DNA of 64,000 nucleotides from Cycas panzhihuaensis (Eukaryota; Plantae; Cycadophyta): NCBI GenBank assembly GCA_023213395.1, contig CM041465.1, positions 119,233,741 to 119,297,740 of the forward strand, read 5' to 3'. Shown piece by piece: positions 56,403 to 64,000 of this stretch (position 1 is its first letter; each line of letters starts with the position of its first letter). The notes under the pieces were generated by a model. It saw only the letters and a program-made list of their open reading frames with translations, ran no database searches and was not told where the DNA came from. The position numbers and the translations under genes were made by a program.

Positions 56403-57650
56403 AGTTTTAAGAGAGTGTTAAAGGTTATAAATATCTTATATATGAGTTATTAACTAATAAAATATGGGTAGACATTTTAACAAAAACATTATAAAGAAAG
56501 TAGATAAATTATATGTTAGGAAGCTAAGGTATTAGACTAATACATAAAGATGTATTTTGCCTCAGTTTTAAAAAAAAATCTATACACTGTTATAAAAAAC
56601 TTTATAATAGGGAGGAGATTTAATGTTAAATAATTAAAGGGGAGGGGATTTTATTTATATCTTAATTCTGAAAGATTGAATAATTAAGTGTGGAGGGGTA
56701 CTTATTTTAACATTAAAATTTAGTAAAAAAAAGAAAAGAATTAATATAATAAGGGGCAGGTTTATAGATCAATGATAAAATGTAGGGGGGTTGATTTAAT
56801 TTTAAAATGTAGTAAAAGGGTTAGTTACCCTAAGGTATAATAATACATATTAAAGTTTATTTAATATTATTTAACAAAGGGTTTATTAAGCCTAAGGTTG
56901 ATTAGTCTTATAACATATATATATATATATATATATATCAAAAATAAAACAACATGGACCCAACTAGGGTATTGAATTTATAAAAGAAAATTAAAATTAA
57001 AATTTAATTGAGGTCCAGTAGGGGGGGAGGGGGATAAGGTATCAAAACCCTACCTACATGTTCATCTTGCTCGTGACGACCCTCTTTACAGGTTCTTTCT
57101 TAGCGACTAGAGCGGTAGTGATGGCATTGAATCTGCCATGATCCATCAAAATCTGCTAACCTTTCACCTCCAACCTCCCACCACTCAGTCAGAACCAGCT
57201 TTCTGCTATACGTAGACCACAGAAAGGGCCATTTATAGAGGAACCCTTGCCCTTGTAAATCATACAAAATATTATATGCCTTGAGCCTCCTCAGGTAGAG
57301 TCGTTGTTCCAGAGGATCTCTGACTTGATGAATGTTTTATTTTTTCTTTATATATTTCAATGTAGAATATAAGGATATCTGAGATTTTCTAATCAACAAC
57401 AATTGAAGGTTCTCGATAGTGATGGCAGGGTTCAGCATCTTGGTACCCTTAATGCCTGTTTGATCCTCTCAGTTACTTATAGAGGTAGGTACCATTTGAG
57501 GTCATACTCTCTGACAACAAGATGGGGACTGGTTTACTAGGGCACCAGTAACAATGATGCCTTCTTCCATAGCAGAGGTGGTTTTTGTTAAGTGTGTTCC
57601 TTGTTGCCTCTTTGCTAGCTTGAATTCTTTGTGTAGCAAGGATTGCCTAT

Positions 57651-57848
57651 GCTGCCAATGTGAAGGTCGAATCTTACTAGCCCAACCTCTTTGCCAAGCT
57701 CTTGGAGAAGAGAAACGTTGAAGATCTTATTTTGAGTGTTGGATCTAGAGAAGGTGGTGCTGCACCCATTTTAGTTGTACCTTCAGGAGGTGGTGGTGCC
57801 ACTACTCCAGTTGTTGAAGAGAAAGAGTAGGAGCCAAAGAAGGAGAGT
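57651..57848 (+). pseudogene. RPP1: Captured fragment of 60S acidic ribosomal protein P1
   Basis: Translates [64 protein letters not shown], matching plant P1 (AA.V.VESYWP.LFAK..EKRN..DLI.NVG...EEKK.EP.EESD). Confidence 0.92.
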
Positions 57849-57878
57849 CAGGTTTTATGGCAAAAAATAAAATGTACT

Positions 57879-58001
57879 TCAGTTCCCATAAACCCACTTC
57901 TCACTGTCATGGGTATAATTGATTAGCTCCTCTGGCTTGAACCATAGGTTAATCTCATCCTTGGCTATTTGAGGCCCATCACTACCATGTATGATATTCC
58001 T
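57879..58001 (-). pseudogene. NDPK3: Captured C-terminal fragment of nucleoside diphosphate kinase 3/4 (organellar NDPK)
   Basis: Reverse strand [40 protein letters not shown], with the catalytic HGSD motif and stop codon. Confidence 0.93.
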
Positions 58002-58139
58002 TTAGTTTATATGTATAATTTCTTCTATCTAATTCAACCGAGTCCAGAACCAGGAATAGTTTCATTTAGACCCTCAGGCAAGAGTATACTGCTGCAATTG
58101 CATGTCTAAGATTGGAGAGCATACAAGTGGGAGCCATGG

Positions 58140-58343
58140 CTGATGGTGTGAGTAGTCCAAGGTCTAATCTCCTAAGTGGTGATTTTGGAAGTCACTTGAG
58201 CAATCTGGCATATGGAAGATGGTGCCAGGATCCATTTTTACATGGTTCTCTTCTACCATTCACAGTTTTTACTCCTCAATATGCACAAGAGCAGGAACTA
58301 TGGGAAAGTCCTGGAAGACCTTTCTATTCAAACATGAATGTGC
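58140..58343 (+). pseudogene. Captured fragment of a plant nucleotidyltransferase (PAP/OAS1 substrate-binding domain family, At3g61690-like) C-terminal region
   Basis: SNLLSGDFGSHLSNLAYGRWCQD...PQYAQEQELWESPGRP resembles the family motif SDIL.GDF.SH..NLQYGR.CQ...PP.Y.QG..PWDGPGRP, recalled from memory. Confidence 0.75.
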
Positions 58344-58432
58344 CTACTAATATCCATGTTTTAATGCTTTTGGTTGTCTAATAGATTGAACCCAAGTATT
58401 TCTGGAAAAGATAGAAAGCAGCTCTGATACCA

Positions 58433-58868
58433 TGTGAGAATAAGCACATGCACAATGTCATAGGATCACAGGAATAGTAAAAACACAAGAGAAAGACATT
58501 GCACAAGTACACATTGTTTGGCAGATGGAAAACCCCTTCTCGGGAAGAAAAACCACCTCTTAAATCTAAATATTATTAATAAAAAATGACTTATATAATG
58601 GACCTTAAAGATACCCTCTACATACATGAAACTAACCTTAAAACTAGCTTTTAGATAGCCTCCTAGATTCTTAGAACTACCTCCTTGAATCTAGGAAAAG
58701 ATATAAATAACAAGAGAGGTTCGTTAAAATGTGTGGTTGCACATTTCAACGACCTTTCACATAATATTAAATTAACTTCTAAACATGAAACATTAGAATC
58801 ATTTAAATAATAATTTACACATGTGACTAAATAAGACATAACATAAAGTAACATTAATAATCCTAACA
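58433..58868 (-). repeat. 5' LTR (Copia)
   Basis: Adjacent to PBS complement; followed by TSD TATGT. Confidence 0.97.
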
Positions 58869-58929
58869 TATGTTAATTAGAATTAACTAAATTATACTAT
58901 AATAATCAAAGTACATTAAAGTTTGTTAA

Positions 58930-59100
58930 AAATCATGTATTTTATTATTGTACTAAACACATTGAGGTGCACCATCACTTTATTAGATAATTGATTTAGA
59001 ATAGAGTGATTAAGATATTATACAACTCAACAAAAGAATAGTTGGCTGACATTTTTACCAAACCACTAGCATGAGATAAATTTCAAACATTTAAGGATGA
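58930..59100 (+). pseudogene. Copia RNase H C-terminal fragment
   Basis: TKHIEVHHHFIR*LI...*LADIFTKPLA. Confidence 0.85.
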
Positions 59101-59102
59101 AT

Positions 59103-59106
<4 letters not shown>

Positions 59107-59190
<84 letters not shown>
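59107..59190. repeat. (TG)n microsatellite
   Basis: Read directly; a second (TG)n/(AGAT)n lies at 59286-59348. Confidence 0.97.
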
Positions 59191-59193
<3 letters not shown>

Positions 59194-59285
59194 TAAAACA
59201 CTCCTCCATAATATTTACTTCATTAATTTAGACACCTAATCCATCCTTGAATGTCTGAAATTTATCTCATGCTAGTGGTTTGGTT

Positions 59286-59323
<38 letters not shown>

Positions 59324-60399
59324 TAGATAGATAGATAGATAGATAGATACACTCATATTATAATTTCAAGTTATTTGCCTCCTCCTTTATTAATTACATT
59401 TTTGTTTATTTTATTATTATTATTATGGGAATGATGAGCCATTGGAGAGTACTTAATATTCTATACAAGTGTCAGATTAGGAGTTTATAAAAAATATTTT
59501 TATTATTATATTTATGTACGCTAACTATGTACTGTGAATTTTTTATAAGAATAATATGAAGATTATGCTTTAGAGAATAATTTTCTTAGTATAATGTTGT
59601 ATATCCATTTTTAATAGATCCTAGCTTTAATATCAATGCTTATCCTTATTGACTGTTTTGATCTTCTATGAAATCATGAAGACTAAATTCTTAAAACTTA
59701 TTGCTTGTAACTATCTTACCCTTCATTGATCCTATAACATTATTACTAATGATCAAATATCTAAAGATAATGAAGCTGTAAAACTACAAAATCACGAAAT
59801 ATGATTAGTTTGAACCTTTTTATTTTATTTTTTTTTACTTTATCTTTATTTTGTTGATCCTACAACATTTTTGTTAATGACCAAATATCTAAAAAATGTG
59901 AAGTTACTAGCCTATGAATCTATAAAATCATGAAATATGATGGCAATGATCAAATATCCAAAAATCCATGAAGTCACAAATTTACAAAATTACATAATAC
60001 TACCATTTTCAACCTTTCAGAGATTTTAACAAAGTTGAAACTTATTACTATAACTTATACTCATTAGATCGGATATGAAGGACTTATCATACATTCTAAT
60101 CTTTGATGCTTCACCATGTCAAAGAGGATTATGCAACTAAATCATTATAATCAAATAGTAACTTGTTAAAACAAATCAAAGAAGAACAATGTATCTTCAT
60201 ACTCTTTCTACAAAAAACTATAGATTCTTCATAATTATGCATCGCATGGGAACTTAGAACATAAACTTGTTTTTTGTGATTTTAACTCTCCATCAATGTT
60301 ATCTTAAGTATATTAAGGCCAATACAAGGGATTGATATTTCCTTGAGTTTTATAAAATTATCTATAAGCCTTTATATGTAAATTATTCTAACATTGTTC

Positions 60400-63230
60400 T
60401 TGAAAGCCAAAATCTACAAGTTTAGAATTAATAGTTCTTCTACTCTAGTTACCCTAAAAGGGGGTAATAGACTTCCATATTTATAATGTTAGTAATTGGC
60501 CCTTTTTTAGAGCCAATTTCAACTATTAAATATCAGGCTTATTACATGACTCCTCTATTCAGCCCTAAAAAGCCCTTGTAGAAGAATATGGGAACAATTG
60601 AATAGAAGTACATAATAATAACTCTTAATACAAGGCAAACAAGCTAAAGATACTTTAAAATAGAGGTAGATCTCCTAGTAAATATGAATCCAAGACTCTA
60701 AGTCTAAGAGATAATAGTATCAATGTAGTTAAAAATAGAAAGAGTTTTCCTACTCTTAGCCAGCCCAAAGTCCATTCTCTATTGCCTATAGGTGAAAAGC
60801 ATGTCATTATTTGACATACTAAAGTTGGAAAAGAAAAGGCCAAAGTAGATAACATTAATAATATATTTCTAAGGTACTTTGACTTGCAAAATAAAAGGCA
60901 TAAGGAATTCCAAAATAGCTTTGAAATTCTCCTCTCCCAAGTGAAGAAGGGAGAGAATTTAAAGTTAACAAGTTGCTTGATTCTTTATGTCACTAGCTAA
61001 AATGTGTGGAGTCTTATCAACCTATGTAGATGGAATATGGCTATAAGGGTCCATAACACTCTCAATCAACTTGATGTATTATCTTTAAGAAGTTAAATAC
61101 ATAGTAAATTTGCTAAGATTTGCATCAAGGTATATTTAGACAAACTATTATGTTTTTGTTACCAAGCACATCAAAGGTAAAGAAGACTAGTAGTTAGCTC
61201 TAAGTCAAACCTAGAGAATAGATGTGTCTATATATTACTCTAATATGATAACCCTACCCTTCAAATTATGAACGTCTATGATTATAATATATAGGCAAGA
61301 ATAATTAAACTTTAGGAATAACTAAGCAATAACATTACTAAAGTATTATGGCTCTTCTATAAAGACTGTAATATGGTTGAATCTTAAGAGGATGAAGTTA
61401 GTGGTTACAATTTCATGTAGCATTAAGAAGAATGTCTAACCTTAATGAATTTGAAATCCAAATTTAGCCTTTCTAACCCTAATACTAGCCAAAACTAGAA
61501 AGGCCATGGGTTATGGTTTGAATCATCCAATTTATAACATAAGCATGATTATGGCCCCAAAATGTTTGATCTTGCCATGTTGTTTAATGAAAGAATTTTA
61601 AGCTTGTTATCGGACAGGGAAGAACTATCTAGATGATCACTAATATGACATTCTAATCATTACTCTATCTGGCTCTCTTTAACTTGGGAAGAAAAGCTAC
61701 TAACATGGGCTAAAGCATCATTAAAGCTCAATGTCTCACATCTTACACACCAAGAATGACTAAATGGTCTTCAAATTATTTGGAATCTTTCCTTGCAACC
61801 TAAAGCCAATTTAGGTTGGATTGTTTGGTGGGGAGAAGTAATCCCTAGGACAACCTCCTTTCTTAAGGGCTGTGAAAAGCAAGTTATTTATATTAGAAGA
61901 ATGGTTGATAAAGAATGTAATAAAGAATTAATTATAACCAAATAAATCTTGGAAGGGAAACCTTTGATGTCCTGACACAAGTATGGGTTATGAAGGCTTC
62001 TCATGATCTTAAAATTTTAGAAAAATAAAATTCTAAAGTGTGCAGATTCATGGTAGACTTCACTAGATATTAGATGGAAATAGTTGTTTAAACATCTTCT
62101 TATAATCACTCAAGAGCAAACCTATAATAGAGAAAATATTTAATCTTAAGACATATTATGGAAAAGTTATAAGTTAAGAGGAGGTTGTAGAGGTTTTTTC
62201 TCAACATTATAAGAAAGTTTTTCAAGCACAACCTTACTTCTTAGAGGTAGAGAAGGCCACAAAAAACTATATGGAGGTTATTCTCTAAAAACTTAGGCTA
62301 GAGTTGATGAAAAATTATGATTCTCTATAAAGCCTTAAAGAGAATATTAAGGCACTTAATTAAATGGATAATAATAAAGCTCTATATCTAGCAACTTATC
62401 CCATAAATTCTTTAAGGCAACCTAGGATTTCATAAGGCTCATATTATTGAAGGTTTATAGAGCAACCTTATCCACTAGTTCCTTAAGTTTAAAGATTAAC
62501 TAAGAAAATATTAAATTAATTTTGAAAGGTAGCAATCTTGAATTCATTTCCACTTATAGGTTGTTCACTTTACTCAATGTCTCCTATAAGATTTTGCCTA
62601 AGGCACTTCATGTATCAAGCATATTCTTCCTATGATTATTAGGTTGGTACAAATAAATTTTATTAAAGGGAGATATATCATTGATAATATAATAACAATC
62701 TAGGAAGGAATGGAATGGGAAAGGCACTTGACTCATGAAACTTTATTCATTAAATTTGACTTTGAGAAAACTTATGATATAGTTAAATGGTCCTTTCTAT
62801 AGAATATGGATGTTACCATTAGATTTGAAGAAAGATGCATTAATATGGTCCAAGTATTATTTGTTAATTCTCTAGAATTAATTATCCTTAATGGTGCTAT
62901 TATCCAACTAGTTTACATTCAATAATTAGTTCAATGAGAATGCCCCCTTATCTTGTCTCTTTAAATATTGGTTGTCGATGTATTAGGTTAACTTCTTCAT
63001 ATTAAGATTGGAAGTGGTTATGTTCAAGGAATCTTTATGCCTAACACTATCCCTAATCAAATGATAAAGTGTCACCTTCCTAATGACTCTTTTTTAACAC
63101 TCAGGATAAAGGCCTAGGTAGCCCAATATGTACTAAACTACATTCACACATTTTATAAGGCCTTTAGATTGTATGTATATTGGGAAAAAAAAACACATAT
63201 TTTCTACAATCTCCCTATTACATAACTACT
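60400..63230 (+). mobile_element. Heavily decayed L1-type LINE (ORF1 remnant, endonuclease, RT), 3' truncated
   Basis: IMNVY (~61265), TLLNVSYKILPKAL (~62570-62610), FIKGRYIIDNIITI*EGMEW, FIKFDFEKTYDIVKW. Start boundary approximate. Confidence 0.8.
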
Positions 63231-63250
63231 TACTAACCATAGAGAGTGAC

Positions 63251-64000
63251 TATCAACACACGTGATCAAGCAACCTGATGGTTAGTATTAGCCATTAACT
63301 TTTGTATACACATACTTAGCCCACTAATATGATTGTGGGCCACTTCTCCCTCTAATAAAATTCTATGTAAAGCAACTATCATTGCTTATTTCAGGCACAA
63401 GAAATACACATAGATTGTTATGTTGAAATAATATCAAGAAACCATGTTATTGTATGTTTTGGTGCCCATTTAATGTTTGAATATGTGTTCATTTTTTCTT
63501 TCTATTTACTCTTTATGCTAAAATTAGATGATATAAATTATTAGCTTATGCCCTTTGAGCTATTAAATTGTTGTTGTGTAAGGAATACTCAAAACAATTA
63601 TGCTTCAAATGGTGTCAAAGCTAGGTTGAGGATCCACCCAAGAAGTTGATCAGTAAGAAGAGCAAAAATCTACATTTTTTTTTCCCTTGGTGAAATTTTA
63701 AAAACCTTCTTCCCCTTTTAATTTTGTTAATTTTTTGCTACTATTAATTTTCTAAAGTTTATAATCAGCTTCAAGTGGGTAGCAAGTCCCTCCCACCCAT
63801 ATCCCTTAGTTGTAGGTAGCAACTATGTATTGGGGGTGTTTAAAATTCAAAGGGATCTATCATTTTGAGTTGAATATATGTGGATATATGTCTGTGTATA
63901 AAGTGAAGTAGATAACACTACTTGCACAAGCCTTAAACAAAACCTGGCTATGAGATTGAGCTTCTACATACCTTCGAGTATATCATAGGATCCCTTTAGG
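63251..64000 (+). mobile_element. 5' end of an LTR retrotransposon running off the window
   Basis: Putative LTR ~63251-63607 ending in CA, followed by PBS tggtgtcaaagc (63610-21). Confidence 0.6.

Noticed and set aside
57020-57040. G-rich tract as a G-quadruplex or extra PPT
   Set aside because: Only two long G runs, and it is on the wrong strand for this element's PPT.
57651-58381. Functional RPP1, NDPK3 or nucleotidyltransferase genes
   Set aside because: They are partial, in mixed orientation and inside a retrotransposon, and RPP1 has in-frame stops; reported as captured fragments.

Overview
This AT-rich, CpG-depleted land-plant nuclear DNA contains no intact host gene; it is a nested graveyard of retrotransposons. 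I resolved by hand: (i) a chromovirus-type Ty3/Gypsy deletion derivative (17164-27084, -, TSD TAGAA) with a full-length RNase H-bearing L1 LINE (17916-24218, +, 16-bp TSD) inserted in its chromodomain; (ii) two partial copies of one Ty1/Copia family (7695-~11600 and 31399-35196, TSD AGTGA); (iii) at least three copies of an apparently non-coding LTR family (4209-16140 interrupted, 11606-14124, 35280-37706 with TSD GAGGA); (iv) a decayed full-length chromovirus (37852-45625, -, TSD TATGG); (v) further Gypsy, Copia and LINE fragments; (vi) a near-complete Copia element (50213-58868, -, TSD TATGT, 436-bp LTRs). The most notable feature is in that last element. Between its PBS and gag lies a ~1.35-kb mosaic of short host-gene fragments in both orientations: 60S acidic ribosomal protein P1, the C-terminus of NDPK3, a plant nucleotidyltransferase (At3g61690-like) C-terminal motif, and unidentified exon-like pieces with splice sites. 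It looks like Pack-type multi-gene capture by an LTR retrotransposon. Other oddities are stacked PBS/PPT signals, a PPT-miniLTR-PBS module inserted at a PBS, an inverted integrase fragment at a deletion junction, and C-to-T decay at CpA/TpG that erodes many LTR TG...CA ends. All protein assignments come from motif recall, not database searches. Long Y/I-rich ORFs in the track are microsatellite artefacts.
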